From the NCBI GenBank assembly GCA_026418625.1, contig JAOABA010000040.1, positions 51,978 through 115,977 of the forward strand: a stretch of 64,000 bases of DNA, read 5' to 3'. This document shows, one piece after another, positions 45,557 through 56,668 of the stretch (within the stretch, counting starts at the first letter, position 1; each line of letters opens with the position of its first letter). A program made the translations under genes and the position numbers. The notes beneath the pieces were generated by a model. It worked only from the letters and a program-made list of their open reading frames with translations, was not told the origin of the DNA and ran no database searches. This DNA comes from Candidatus Kapaibacterium sp. (GTDB lineage: Bacteria > Bacteroidota > Ignavibacteria > Kapaibacteriales > UBA2268).

Positions 45557-45678
45557 ATAAAAAAATTATTTTTAATAGTGCTTTTCCGGTAGAACAGACA
45601 TCCCTGTTTGTTTAAATCGATAGATTTTAAAAATAGTTATGTTTAAGTTACAATTTTTTAATATAGTTACATTAATTC

Positions 45679-47478
45679 CTACAATGGTTTAAATGGAAAT
45701 ATAATTGGTATAAGAATTAATGATATGATTAGAATTATCAAATTCAAAGGACCGCCCACCCTAACAAAATCCATAAATTTATAATTTCCAACACCATAAA
45801 CAAGCATATTGGCTTGATGGCTGATTGGAGTGAGGAACGAAGTTGAAGCTGAGATTGCAACTGCCATCATAAAGGGATAGGGTTGCAAACCAAATCCTCC
45901 GGAAATTGCCAGTGCAATTGGTCCAATCAATAGCGCAGCTGCAGCATTCGACATTATCTGAGTAATAATAGTAGTAAAAAGATAAATTGTTCCAAGCATT
46001 ACAAGAGGTCCATAATCTCCTACCTGCGTTACAATGTTGTTAGCGAGCCATTGAGCCGTTCCGGTGTGATTATTATCCATTGCTATTCCCAAAGGCATCA
46101 TTCCAGCTATTAAAAATATCACTCTCCACTCAACATTATTATAAATATCTTCCATTTTGACGCAACCGGTCAATGTCATAATAAAAGCACCCAAAATACC
46201 TGCAACAGATATGTGCAAGATGCCTAATGCTGCCGAAAGAATAGTTAAAAACATAATTAGCAAAGCTAATGGAGCTTTCTTTGAGTGCCTTGGATCGTGT
46301 TCCAAACGATTTACAACAGTAAAATCGGGACTTAATGCGAGATTGGTAATAGCTTCTTTTTTTCCCTTAACAAGAAAGACATCACCGGCTTCGATCGGCA
46401 TATATTGAAATCCTTCAACAACTGTTCGGATGCCTCTCTTTAGTGCAAGAACAATAACGCCATATAATTTATGAATATCATTTTCTACAATGCTTCTTCC
46501 AATTAAATGGCTGTTATTCGAGACTACCGCTTCGGAAAGCTCAATTCCCTCCTTTGTCAAATCAATATCACTGAATTTGCTTGTAGATGTTAGTTGTATA
46601 TGCTTTGTAATTTGATTATCAATCAGCTTACTGATATTTCCTTCAATTATCAATTTATCATTTGGTAACAGCAATGTGTCGGGCTTTGGCTCGATAATTT
46701 CAAGATTATTATCTTTCTCTCTTTGAATTCGCAAAACGGTAAAACCGAGATCATCGTGAATACAGCAATTCTGAATTGTTTTATTTACATATTTGGAAGT
46801 TACTGGTAAGACTACCTCGCTTAGATAATTATCAAGGAGGAACTGATTGGTAAGTTGATTATCCTTCTCCCTGACAGGTATTAAATGCCTGCCGATGAAA
46901 ATCATATATAACACGCCTGCAATCATAATAACCAAACCTGTAGGTGCATAATCAAACATCTTGAACCCTGTGAAGCCATTGTCTTCTAATAGAGTTGATA
47001 TAAGAAGGTTTGGAGGAGTTCCAATCAACGTTACAAGACCGCCTAATAAAGAACCGAATGACAATGGAATTAATAACTTGTTTATTGGATATTTTAAATT
47101 TTGCGATATTATGAATAAGGTTGGTAAAAGAATGGCAACTGCGCCAATATTATTCATAAAGGCAGACATTGTTCCAACGCAGAGCATTACCATCAAGGTC
47201 AGAATAATTGGGCTTTTACCTCCGAATTTCATTATCAAATCAGCTACATAATCGGCAACACCTGTTCTAACCAGTCCAGAACTTAATATAAACATTGCAA
47301 TGACTGTGATAACCGCTGGATTACTAAACCCGGAAAAACCCTCGTTAACGGTTACATAACCTAATATCATCAATGTTAGTGCAACAAAGATAGCAATAAA
47401 ATCTGCCCGAATAATCTCTGATGCAAAGAGAATTAGAGCTGCAACAGTTATTCCGATTATTACATAATGCTCTATCAT
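45679..47478 (-). CDS. SLC13/DASS family permease with two central TrkA-C (RCK_C) domains
   Basis: 599 aa. Hydrophobic N- and C-terminal halves flank a ~200-aa soluble insert with a duplicated ..L.E..V...S...G..I... pattern. Confidence 0.75.
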   Translation of the reverse strand: MIEHYVIIGITVAALILFASEIIRADFIAIFVALTLMILGYVTVNEGFSGFSNPAVITVIAMFILSSGLVRTGVADYVADLIMKFGGKSPIILTLMVMLCVGTMSAFMNNIGAVAILLPTLFIISQNLKYPINKLLIPLSFGSLLGGLVTLIGTPPNLLISTLLEDNGFTGFKMFDYAPTGLVIMIAGVLYMIFIGRHLIPVREKDNQLTNQFLLDNYLSEVVLPVTSKYVNKTIQNCCIHDDLGFTVLRIQREKDNNLEIIEPKPDTLLLPNDKLIIEGNISKLIDNQITKHIQLTSTSKFSDIDLTKEGIELSEAVVSNNSHLIGRSIVENDIHKLYGVIVLALKRGIRTVVEGFQYMPIEAGDVFLVKGKKEAITNLALSPDFTVVNRLEHDPRHSKKAPLALLIMFLTILSAALGILHISVAGILGAFIMTLTGCVKMEDIYNNVEWRVIFLIAGMMPLGIAMDNNHTGTAQWLANNIVTQVGDYGPLVMLGTIYLFTTIITQIMSNAAAALLIGPIALAISGGFGLQPYPFMMAVAISASTSFLTPISHQANMLVYGVGNYKFMDFVRVGGPLNLIILIISLILIPIIFPFKPL

Positions 47479-47619
47479 ACAACAGAAATATATTATTTAA
47501 AATCTTAATTTACTAAATTTAATTAACAATATTAAAAATGAATTTAATTATTTTAAGCTTAAATATATTTTTGGAAAGCCTCAACAAATTGAACTATAAT
47601 CCGTTACTTTTCATTTTGA

Positions 47620-49425
47620 ATGTCAAAATCAGGAATGAGCGAAAAACATATATCGCAGGAAGTCGAATATAAAGAAATTGACTTTAAGTTATTGAAGCGT
47701 CTTCTTGTTTTTCTTAAACCTTTCAGAAAATATGTTTTTCTCTCAATAATTCTTACTTTAGGAACATCAGCTCTCGGACCATTAAGACCTTATCTGACTC
47801 ATATTGCAATAGATGATTACATCTCTCTGGGCAACTGGGACGGATTAATCCTGATTGTCGCTTTAATTGTTGGTATAATGTTCCTTCACGGAGCCTTGCA
47901 ATTCGGTCTGACTTATTTAATGCAATGGGTCGGGCAAAGGGTTCTTTATGATATAAGAACAAAATTATTCGCCCATATCCAGTCAAGAAAAGTCAAATTC
48001 TTCGATAATAATCCTGTTGGAAGGCTTGTAACAAGGGTTACAAACGATGTTGAGGTTCTGAATGATTTATTTTCTTCCGGCGTAGTGATGATTATAGCTG
48101 ACCTGCTGCTTATCATCTGGATTATCATTTTTATGTTCTATACAGATTGGAAACTAACTCTTTTAACTTTGTCATTCTTGCCGGTTTTGATTTTTGTTAC
48201 AACAATTTTCAGGAAAAAAGTCAGAGTAGTATTCAGAGATATAAGGCTTAATGTTGCTTCGATGAACTCATTCCTCAATGAGTTTATTTCGGGAATCCTG
48301 ACAGTTAAGATTTTCACAAATGAAGAAAAGTTGAACAGTGAATTCGAGGTAATTAACAGGAAAAATCGAAAGCTCTGGATTAAAACTATAAATTATTATT
48401 CTCTTTTCTTTCCTTTTGTGGAATTTATGAGTTCGGTGGCATTGGTAATTGTTCTCTGGTATACGGCAAATAATATCTTGTCCTCGCAGATGACTGTCGG
48501 AATACTAATTGCATTCATCCAATATGCCGAAATGTTTTTCAGACCAATTAGGGATTTAACAGAAAAATATACAACTTTGCAGAGTGCTATGGCTTCGTCG
48601 GAGAGGATTTTCAGTCTTTTGGACAACAATGAAACTTTGGATGATAAACCGGGTGCTAAAATTTTCGAGAAACTCAATGACAGTATTGAATTCAAGAATG
48701 TCTCATTTTCCTACGATGATTCTAAATATGTACTTAATAATGTTTCATTCAAGATAAACAAGGGCGAAACAGTTGCCGTTGTTGGTGCTACAGGTGCGGG
48801 AAAGACTTCTCTAATTAATTTACTTTGCCGATTTTATGAATTTCAAAGCGGGGACATTCTAATTGATGGAGTAAGCATAAGGGACATTGACCAAAAGTCA
48901 CTCCGTAGCAAGATAGCATTGGTTATGCAGGATGTGTTCCTTTTTTCTAGGGATATTGCAGAAAATATATCACTTGGTAAAGACTATATAACAAACGATA
49001 TAATAGAATCTTCTGCCGAAGCAATTGGTGCAAAAGATTTTATTGAAGCGCTTCCGAATAAATTTTCTACTGAAGTAATGGAGCGAGGGGTAACACTTTC
49101 GGCAGGCCAGAGGCAACTGATTGCTTTTTCACGGGCTTTTGCGGCTGATCCCGACATATTGATCCTTGACGAAGCAACCTCAAACATTGACACAAACACA
49201 GAAAAAATAATTGAAGAGTCACTTGCAAAATTGCTGACCAACAGAACTTCTATAGTCATAGCTCACAGATTATCAACCATCAAAAGGGCTGATAAAATCA
49301 TTTTACTTCATCACGGAGAAGTCAGGGAAATCGGAACACATCACGAATTACTCGAACTGAACGGAATCTATGCGCGACTCTATCAACTCCAATTCAAAGA
49401 GCAAAACGGAATAATCGCAGCGTAA
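47620..49425 (+). CDS. ABC exporter, fused permease/ATPase (MsbA-like)
   Basis: Six-TM N-terminal domain. Walker A GATGAGKTS, signature LSAGQRQ, Walker B ILILDEATS, H-loop AHRLST. Confidence 0.9.
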   Translation: MSKSGMSEKHISQEVEYKEIDFKLLKRLLVFLKPFRKYVFLSIILTLGTSALGPLRPYLTHIAIDDYISLGNWDGLILIVALIVGIMFLHGALQFGLTYLMQWVGQRVLYDIRTKLFAHIQSRKVKFFDNNPVGRLVTRVTNDVEVLNDLFSSGVVMIIADLLLIIWIIIFMFYTDWKLTLLTLSFLPVLIFVTTIFRKKVRVVFRDIRLNVASMNSFLNEFISGILTVKIFTNEEKLNSEFEVINRKNRKLWIKTINYYSLFFPFVEFMSSVALVIVLWYTANNILSSQMTVGILIAFIQYAEMFFRPIRDLTEKYTTLQSAMASSERIFSLLDNNETLDDKPGAKIFEKLNDSIEFKNVSFSYDDSKYVLNNVSFKINKGETVAVVGATGAGKTSLINLLCRFYEFQSGDILIDGVSIRDIDQKSLRSKIALVMQDVFLFSRDIAENISLGKDYITNDIIESSAEAIGAKDFIEALPNKFSTEVMERGVTLSAGQRQLIAFSRAFAADPDILILDEATSNIDTNTEKIIEESLAKLLTNRTSIVIAHRLSTIKRADKIILLHHGEVREIGTHHELLELNGIYARLYQLQFKEQNGIIAA

Positions 49426-49428
49426 AGG

Positions 49429-51747
49429 TTATTTTTTTGCCTTTTTAGTTGGTTTACTGGCTTCCGTTCCTTTTACAATCTCCATTACCTTTTCGTAGGA
49501 AATGTCTGTTAAATCGAAATTCTTTGGCAATCTGTAATTTTCCGATTTATAGGATATATAAGGTCCCCAGCGTCCTTTCAGGATTTTTAGTTCGGGGTCG
49601 TTTTGGAAAACTTTTATTATTTTCTCCTCATCTTTCTTCCTTTTTTCCAGAATTATTTCAACTGCCCTGTCCTGTTCAATTGTAAAGGGATCATCATCTT
49701 TGCCCAAAGAATAAAAAGAGGAATCGTGCAGAATATAAGGACCGAACCTGCCCTTCGAGACAATCATAGGTTTTCCCTCGAAAGTGCCAATTTCTCTCGG
49801 AAGCTTGAAAAGATCCAATGCTTCCTCTAAAGTAATGTTTTCAATTAATTGGTTTGGTTTCAAACTTGCAAATTTCGGTTTTGAGCCATTGTTGCTTTCC
49901 CCAATCTGAACAACCGGACCATATCGGGCAAGACGAGCATAGACTTTTTCGCCAGATTTTGGATCAATTCCCAATTCTCTGACGGATATGGCTTCGGAGC
50001 GTTTCTTTTCGGTTGTTTTCTCTACGTCATTATGAAAATCTTTATAGAATGCACCCAGCATCTTCTGCCATTGTTTTTCGCCAAGAGCGATTTCGTCCAA
50101 TTCTTTTTCGATGTTGGCTGTGAAAGAATAATCGACAACTTCTGAAAAATGCTCGACCAGAAAATCATTAACAATCATTGCAATACTGGTTGGATAGAGC
50201 TTGTTTTTTTCTGCACCTGTTATTGATTTATTAGTGCTTAAAGTTATCTGATTATTGCTAAGAATATACTCTTTGAAAAATCTTTCCTTCCCTTCCCTCG
50301 ATTCCTTGATAACATAGCCCCTCTTTTGAATAGTCGAAATGGTGGGAGCATAAGTCGAAGGTCTTCCGATTCCCAATTCTTCGAGCTTTTTAACAAGGCT
50401 GGCTTCGGTGTATCTTGGGGGTGGATTAGTGAACTTTTCGGTAGCTTTCATCTCTTTCAAATTCAGCTTTTGACCGATATCGAGTTTAGGAATCAAATTT
50501 GTTCCTTTTTCATCTTCTTCCTCCTCGTCTTTGGACTCCATATATACTTTTAAGAAGCCATCGAATTTGATAGATTCTGCGGTAGCAATCAGATTTTGAG
50601 GGACTGTTGAAATTGATATTGTGGCGATAGTTTTATCAATCAATGCTTCTGCCATCTGCGAGGCAATAGCTCTTTTCCAAATTAAATTATATAATCTTTG
50701 CTCATTTCTTCCCATTCCTATATCCTGAACCGAGAAATCGGTCGGTCTGATGGCTTCGTGTGCTTCCTGAGCATTTTCGGACTTAACCTGATACTGTCGT
50801 GTTTTTAAATATTCATCGCCAAAAGATTGTTTGATTTCAGCTGCAGCCTTTTGCAAAGCTTCTTCCGAAAGATTGGTTGAATCGGTTCTCATATAAGAAA
50901 TTTTACCGGCTTCATATAATTTTTGTGCAACAGTCATTGTCTGAGTAACTGAAAAACCAAGTTTGCGGCTTGCTTCCTGTTGCAAAGTCGAAGTTGTAAA
51001 AGGTGCTGAGGGTTTTTGTTTTTCAGTCTTTACTTCGATGTTAGAAAGTGTGAATTCAGCATTTTTGCATTTCTCGAGGAAGTTTTTTGCATCTTTTTCG
51101 TTTTCAAAGTTCTTTGGTAACTCAGCTTTTAAAGTTTTGCCGTTTCCCAAATCGAAGAAAGCAGTAATTTTAAATGAAGATTTTGAATTAAAGCTATCTA
51201 TTTCTCTTTCACGCTCTACAACAAGCCTGACAGCAGCGGATTGAACCCTTCCAGCGGATAAACCTCTTTTAATTTTTTTCCAAAGAACTGGTGAAAGCTC
51301 GAAGCCGACAAGTCTATCAAGGATTCTTCTGGCTTGCTGAGCATTAACCAAATTTTCATCTATTTCCCTTGGGTTTTTGATTGCTTGTTCGATTGCAGTT
51401 TTAGTAATTTCACGAAAAACAATTCTTTTTGTCGGCTTTTTCCCAATGTTTAATGCTTCTTTAAGGTGCCAAGCAATTGCTTCTCCTTCACGGTCTGCGT
51501 CAGTTGCAAGCCAAATAACATCAGATTCTTTTACTTTCTTTTTTAAATCATTAACAATCTGTTTTTTATCTGGTGTAACTTCATATTGAGGTTTAAAATT
51601 ATTTTTAATATCAATTGCTTTATCATCCTTTGGTAAATCACGCACGTGTCCCATACTCGAAACAACCTTGAAATCTTTTCCAAGGTATCTTTCGATTGTT
51701 TTTGCCTTTGCCGGTGATTCAACTATTACTAAATTTTTCTCTGACAT
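49429..51747 (-). CDS. topA: DNA topoisomerase I (type IA)
   Basis: TOPRIM start MSEKNLVIVESPAKAKTIERYLG.., ..ATDADREGEAIAWH.., active-site region ..ISYMRTDST.. The C-terminal repeats lack Cys, and the tail is Lys-rich. Confidence 0.95.
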   Translation of the reverse strand: MSEKNLVIVESPAKAKTIERYLGKDFKVVSSMGHVRDLPKDDKAIDIKNNFKPQYEVTPDKKQIVNDLKKKVKESDVIWLATDADREGEAIAWHLKEALNIGKKPTKRIVFREITKTAIEQAIKNPREIDENLVNAQQARRILDRLVGFELSPVLWKKIKRGLSAGRVQSAAVRLVVEREREIDSFNSKSSFKITAFFDLGNGKTLKAELPKNFENEKDAKNFLEKCKNAEFTLSNIEVKTEKQKPSAPFTTSTLQQEASRKLGFSVTQTMTVAQKLYEAGKISYMRTDSTNLSEEALQKAAAEIKQSFGDEYLKTRQYQVKSENAQEAHEAIRPTDFSVQDIGMGRNEQRLYNLIWKRAIASQMAEALIDKTIATISISTVPQNLIATAESIKFDGFLKVYMESKDEEEEDEKGTNLIPKLDIGQKLNLKEMKATEKFTNPPPRYTEASLVKKLEELGIGRPSTYAPTISTIQKRGYVIKESREGKERFFKEYILSNNQITLSTNKSITGAEKNKLYPTSIAMIVNDFLVEHFSEVVDYSFTANIEKELDEIALGEKQWQKMLGAFYKDFHNDVEKTTEKKRSEAISVRELGIDPKSGEKVYARLARYGPVVQIGESNNGSKPKFASLKPNQLIENITLEEALDLFKLPREIGTFEGKPMIVSKGRFGPYILHDSSFYSLGKDDDPFTIEQDRAVEIILEKRKKDEEKIIKVFQNDPELKILKGRWGPYISYKSENYRLPKNFDLTDISYEKVMEIVKGTEASKPTKKAKK

Positions 51748-51855
51748 TCCAAAATTAGATTTTTAAATATTAAAAAAAGACGAATAAGCAAAACGTCATA
51801 ATAAAATAATTATTATTGATAATCTTTTGAGCGGATAATAAAAAGAAAGCGTTAT

Positions 51856-52302
51856 CTATTTTTCTTCAATTTCTATGAAGCGGTGAGTATCTGAATTTTC
51901 ATCCTGCCGAATATAAACATTATATCTTTTTTCGGGCAACATTCCATTAGCTTTTTCAGCCCATTCAATAATTTTTATACAGTCTCTGGAGACAAGGCAC
52001 TCATCAAAGCCTATATCTTCAATTTCTTTTTCAGTTTTTAACCGGTATAAATCAATATGATAAATAGAGACAGGTTTATCGGATTTTTCAGAAGTATAAT
52101 GATTCATTATGGTAAATGTAGGGCTGGTAACAATATCATCAACATTGAAATAATCACAAATTCCTTTAACAAACTCAGTCTTTCCAGCCCCAAGATCACC
52201 ATAGATAGCAACTATATCTCCGTTTTTCAACCTTTTGGCGAATTGTCTGCCCAGATTGAAAGTTTCTCTTTCATTCGAAGTTTCAAAAATTTCTTTGCTC
52301 AT
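51856..52302 (-). CDS. tsaE: tRNA t6A37 biosynthesis ATPase TsaE
   Basis: 148 aa. ..IYGDLGAGKTEFVKG.. and ..SPTFTIMNHY.. are typical of TsaE/YjeE. Confidence 0.85.
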   Translation of the reverse strand: MSKEIFETSNERETFNLGRQFAKRLKNGDIVAIYGDLGAGKTEFVKGICDYFNVDDIVTSPTFTIMNHYTSEKSDKPVSIYHIDLYRLKTEKEIEDIGFDECLVSRDCIKIIEWAEKANGMLPEKRYNVYIRQDENSDTHRFIEIEEK

Positions 52303-52343
52303 TTTTTAATTTTTTAAAAAAAAGAAAATCAAAAATAATAAAA

Positions 52344-53915
52344 TTATCTTGGAATTAACTCAACTATCGGAACTATCATTTCCTCCATCGAAACTCCACC
52401 GTGTTGGAAGCTATCTCTATATTTTCCAAGATAATAATGAAAATCAGTGGGATAAACAAAGTAGAAATCTTCCTTAGCAATAATATTATTTACTGTTATG
52501 CCAAGGCGAGGCAATTTGAAATCAGCCGGATCTTTCAATTGAATAGCGTGACGGGATTCAGCTTTAACATTTTTTCCAAATTTATATCTCAGATTTGTTG
52601 ATGTTTCTTTATCACCAATTACTTTTACACCCCTCATACACCTAATTGAACCGTGATCGGTAGTTAAGATAATTTTTACATTTTTTATTGAGGAAATTGC
52701 TTTAAGAATACCAAACAAGCTTGAATGCTGGAACCAAGAAGAGGTTAGCGAGCGATAAGCTGACTCATTTGGTGCTATTTCTTTCAAAATTGCAAAATCC
52801 GAACGGGAGTGTGCTATCATATCCACAGCATTGACTACTATTGAGGTTAAATGGTTCCTCGAATATTTCATTATATCCGATTCAATCTTTTTCCCGAAGT
52901 CTGTGTCGTGAATTTTAATGTATTGCAAAGGAGAATTCAAGGATGCCCTTTTTCTTTTTAACTGCTCTTCCAAAAGTTCCTTTTCATAAGCATTAAGCTT
53001 ATAATCTTCTGAATTAAGTTCATTAACCCACCATTGAGGATAATGTTTCTGAATGTCAATCGGGAAAAGCCCAGCAAAGATAGAATTCCTTGCATAGGGT
53101 GTTGCAGTTGGAAGAATGGCAGAATAAAAATCTTTCTTGAAATTATAAAATGGTCTAAGGTGCTCTTCCATAATTAGCCACTGGTCAAGTCTCATACAAT
53201 CAACTACTATGAAAAAGACAGGGTTACCTGATTTGAGCTTTGGCACCAAATATTTTTCAACAATCTCCGGCGAGAAAACAGGAGCTTCTGGCGTCTTTCT
53301 ATGAATCCAATTCTGATAATTATCCTCGATAAATTTTGAAAAAACAGTGTTACACTCTCTCCATTGATTCTGAAGGGTTTCCTGAAAACCTAATTGTGGG
53401 TGACGGTCTAATTCGAGTGACCAAGTTACAAGTTTAGTATAGATTTCTTTCCAGTCGTTCCAGTTTAAGTCGTCATAAAGCAATGAAGTAATTTGGTTCA
53501 GCCCTTGAATATAATCCTGAGTAATTTTTTCCTGAGAGATTCTTTCAGATTCGAGGAATTTTTTACAAGCAGCTAAAATTTGAGCAGGATTGACGGGTTT
53601 AGTCAAATAATCATCAATTTTTCTGCCGATAGCATCCTCCATCACACTTTCTGCTTCGTTTTTAGTAACCATAACAACAGGAGTTGCAGGGTCAATTTCC
53701 TTCAATATTGGCAAAGTTTCAAGACCGCTAATTCCAACCATTGACTCATCGAGAAAAGTGAGGTCATAATGCGATTTCTTAACTAATTCAATGGCATCCT
53801 CGCCGTTTGTTGCTGTTTCAACACTATAGCCACGTTGTTCGAGAAGGATAATGTGAGGCTTTAGCAGTTCAATCTCGTCATCAATCCAAAGAATTCTACC
53901 TTTACTTTGATTCAT
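52344..53915 (-). CDS. porX: Response regulator with C-terminal PglZ (alkaline-phosphatase-superfamily) domain, PorX-type T9SS regulator
   Basis: Receiver RILWIDDE..DLTFLDESM..YLTKPV. PglZ-like region ..FFIVVDCMRLDQW.. and ..LTTDHGS.. Size (523 aa) and architecture match PorX. Confidence 0.7.
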   Translation of the reverse strand: MNQSKGRILWIDDEIELLKPHIILLEQRGYSVETATNGEDAIELVKKSHYDLTFLDESMVGISGLETLPILKEIDPATPVVMVTKNEAESVMEDAIGRKIDDYLTKPVNPAQILAACKKFLESERISQEKITQDYIQGLNQITSLLYDDLNWNDWKEIYTKLVTWSLELDRHPQLGFQETLQNQWRECNTVFSKFIEDNYQNWIHRKTPEAPVFSPEIVEKYLVPKLKSGNPVFFIVVDCMRLDQWLIMEEHLRPFYNFKKDFYSAILPTATPYARNSIFAGLFPIDIQKHYPQWWVNELNSEDYKLNAYEKELLEEQLKRKRASLNSPLQYIKIHDTDFGKKIESDIMKYSRNHLTSIVVNAVDMIAHSRSDFAILKEIAPNESAYRSLTSSWFQHSSLFGILKAISSIKNVKIILTTDHGSIRCMRGVKVIGDKETSTNLRYKFGKNVKAESRHAIQLKDPADFKLPRLGITVNNIIAKEDFYFVYPTDFHYYLGKYRDSFQHGGVSMEEMIVPIVELIPR

Positions 53916-54114
53916 TTTTTGCTCCTGTAATTATTGAGAAAATATTGACGTTTTCACAAATGATGAATTATGATAATTAAATCAGGTAGATATTCTTTTC
54001 ATTGACTTTATTTTTTGATAAACACAAATATAAAAGTATTAACATCATTATTATTGTTTTTGATATTAATAACTTCGTTGTTAAATTAAAAAGATTTAAA
54101 AACAAAAAAATGCT

Positions 54115-56613
54115 ATGAAAAAAATATTAAACATATACATTATCCTAATTATTCTTAGTTCAGTATCATTTGCTAAAATAAATAACTTGGTATTCGAAAA
54201 ATCCGAGTGCGGTTTGAAAATAGCTTATGCTTTTCAAAAAGTAACAAATAGATACACAATACCTCCCGGCTCGGGAATCCCCTGTAAATTGAAGATTGAC
54301 AGTCTTCCGGAAAGATGTTACGAGATTATTGATGCATTCATCTGGACTACATTATCGGATTCGATAAGCAAAAATGAGCCAATTTCATTAATGGTCATAA
54401 ATCCCCGTAATAAAGCTGATTACTACTATACAACCAAAACAGGTCAACAAGCCGATAAATGCTGGGGTGAACTGCACACAAGCGGTTATAGAGCCTCTGT
54501 TAAAAATTCAATAACAGGGAATGGAGAATATATCATCAGCACGAATGCATCTGAATGGGAAGTTGATGGTTTTTTCCTTTTAATTATCTACAAGGATTAT
54601 ACTGACGAATACGAAGGTCATATTACCATTATGGATGGATTATCTACTGAGCAAGCAGGCAGAAGTTCTTTCGATACTTTAAAATTTAAACCTGTCTGCG
54701 ATTTTTCTGGAGAAGCTAACTTTTTCTCAGTGGTTTCTGATATGCAATTTGGATATTTCCCTCAGTATGTAATGAATATGAACGGGACAGACCATTATGT
54801 TCAATGTAATTTTTGGAATGTTGAATTCAGGAAATCAAATGTTTTCAAAGATCAGACATCATCGGCTTTTGCCGTTAAACCAATGAGGAATGATTGTTAT
54901 TCTTGGATATTATCTGGGCTTTATTATAGAACTAAAACCTGCAGAAATTGTTATCTCCCAACAATAAACATTACAGCCAAAGGAAGTGATATTTGTCCGG
55001 GGGATAGCGTCCTTTTGACTGCAGATGGCGGTTTTCATTACGAGTGGTCATCAATACCTGAAGGATTCGTGTCAAATAAAAAAGATGTTTATGTTAGACC
55101 TAAGACAACAACAAGGTATATAATCAAAGGAATGACCGAAGACAGTTGTTTTAAAGGATATGACACTGTTTTGGTTACGGTGAACCCTAAACCAAAAGCT
55201 GCAATTATTCCCGAAGGTCCAATAAACTTTTGCCGTGGTGATAGCGTCGTTTTAAGAGCTTCACCAAGTGATAACAATCATACTGCTCTATGGTCTGATA
55301 ATTCAAAGACAAGCAGAATCACCATTAAAGAATCGGGAAATTACACTTTGATTGTTGAAAATCAATTTGGTTGTAAGGATACAACTTCAATTGATATAAC
55401 AGTTTATGAAAATCCTAAAGTTAAAATTTTGAATGATAATGATTTTCGAGTCTGTCTTGGTGATAGTATTGAGCTGATTTCCGATAAAAATTTTATTAAT
55501 TACAGGTGGTCAACCGGGCAAACTACAAAATCAATATTTGTAAAATATCCGGGTATTTTTCATCTATCTGTTACTGATTCTAATGGTTGCAAAGCCTATG
55601 ACACAGTTCTGGTGAAACCTGCTGATTTAACTTTATCTTATCTTAATAAAATTAATCTTGATTCTGTGTGTATTGGTGATAAAGAAACCTATTTATTAAA
55701 TATCCATAACTCAGGAACTGATAACTATAGTGTAACTGATATAATCTTTTTGAAAGCAGACTCTAATTTAAAAATTTCAACTAATATACCTATTCCAACA
55801 AATCTTAATCCGGGCGATAGTATTAAGGTTTTGATAGAATTCACCCCCGATGAAATAAGGAATTATTCAGATAGTATTAAAATATTTTTAGAGAAAGCAC
55901 CCTGCAAAGAAATAAAAACAGTTTATGTAAATGCAATTGGTGTCCCAAGATTTCAACTTTCTATTCCCGATACAGTTGGATATGTGAAAGATGAAAATTT
56001 CTGTTTTCCGGTTTTTATTAAACTTCTTGCAAAAGAAAACACCAGTTTAGTGATTGATTATCAGGCAGATATTAGCTTCGACCCTTATGTATTTTTACCC
56101 AAAATCCCATTCAGAATTGTAAATGATAAAAGAATAGTCTCTCTATCGGGGCGTAATTTTCAGGTAACAACAGAACCAAAATTATTAGCAGAAATTTGTG
56201 GGCTGGTAATGCTCGGTGATTCTCTTACGAAAACACAAATTGAAAGATTTAACTATAAGAATAGTAAAATATGTTTAGAAACTTTGAACGGGAATTTTGC
56301 AATAACAGGCATTTGTGCTATTAAATCGAGCAGAGTAGTCCTCTTGAAAGAAGCTAAATTAAATATTTCCCCAAATCCGGCTGATGACAAAGTTGAAATT
56401 TCAGTAAACACTGAAAATTCAGGTGAACACAGACTTACAATTTATAATATACAAGGAGAGAAAATCATCCAAGAAATCGCTAATAAAAACAATAATTTAT
56501 CAGAAGATTTATTATTTAATTTTGATTTAAAAAACTTCTCAAATGGATTATATTATGTGATTTTGTATAATGAAAATAATATTATAAAAAAGCCATTAAT
56601 TATTTTAAAATAA
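54115..56613 (+). CDS. Hypothetical T9SS-secreted protein with tandem Cys-containing Ig-like repeats
   Basis: Signal peptide. Repeats ICPGDSVLLTADGG, FCRGDSVVLRASP, VCLGDSIELISD. CTD ..ISPNPADDKVEI..IYNIQGEKI..SNGLYYVILYNENNIIKKPLIILK. Confidence 0.6.
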   Translation: MKKILNIYIILIILSSVSFAKINNLVFEKSECGLKIAYAFQKVTNRYTIPPGSGIPCKLKIDSLPERCYEIIDAFIWTTLSDSISKNEPISLMVINPRNKADYYYTTKTGQQADKCWGELHTSGYRASVKNSITGNGEYIISTNASEWEVDGFFLLIIYKDYTDEYEGHITIMDGLSTEQAGRSSFDTLKFKPVCDFSGEANFFSVVSDMQFGYFPQYVMNMNGTDHYVQCNFWNVEFRKSNVFKDQTSSAFAVKPMRNDCYSWILSGLYYRTKTCRNCYLPTINITAKGSDICPGDSVLLTADGGFHYEWSSIPEGFVSNKKDVYVRPKTTTRYIIKGMTEDSCFKGYDTVLVTVNPKPKAAIIPEGPINFCRGDSVVLRASPSDNNHTALWSDNSKTSRITIKESGNYTLIVENQFGCKDTTSIDITVYENPKVKILNDNDFRVCLGDSIELISDKNFINYRWSTGQTTKSIFVKYPGIFHLSVTDSNGCKAYDTVLVKPADLTLSYLNKINLDSVCIGDKETYLLNIHNSGTDNYSVTDIIFLKADSNLKISTNIPIPTNLNPGDSIKVLIEFTPDEIRNYSDSIKIFLEKAPCKEIKTVYVNAIGVPRFQLSIPDTVGYVKDENFCFPVFIKLLAKENTSLVIDYQADISFDPYVFLPKIPFRIVNDKRIVSLSGRNFQVTTEPKLLAEICGLVMLGDSLTKTQIERFNYKNSKICLETLNGNFAITGICAIKSSRVVLLKEAKLNISPNPADDKVEISVNTENSGEHRLTIYNIQGEKIIQEIANKNNNLSEDLLFNFDLKNFSNGLYYVILYNENNIIKKPLIILK

Positions 56614-56668
56614 AATGTATTTGATTTTCATCAATAATTTGAATTATGTTAAATAAGAAGAAGATGCT

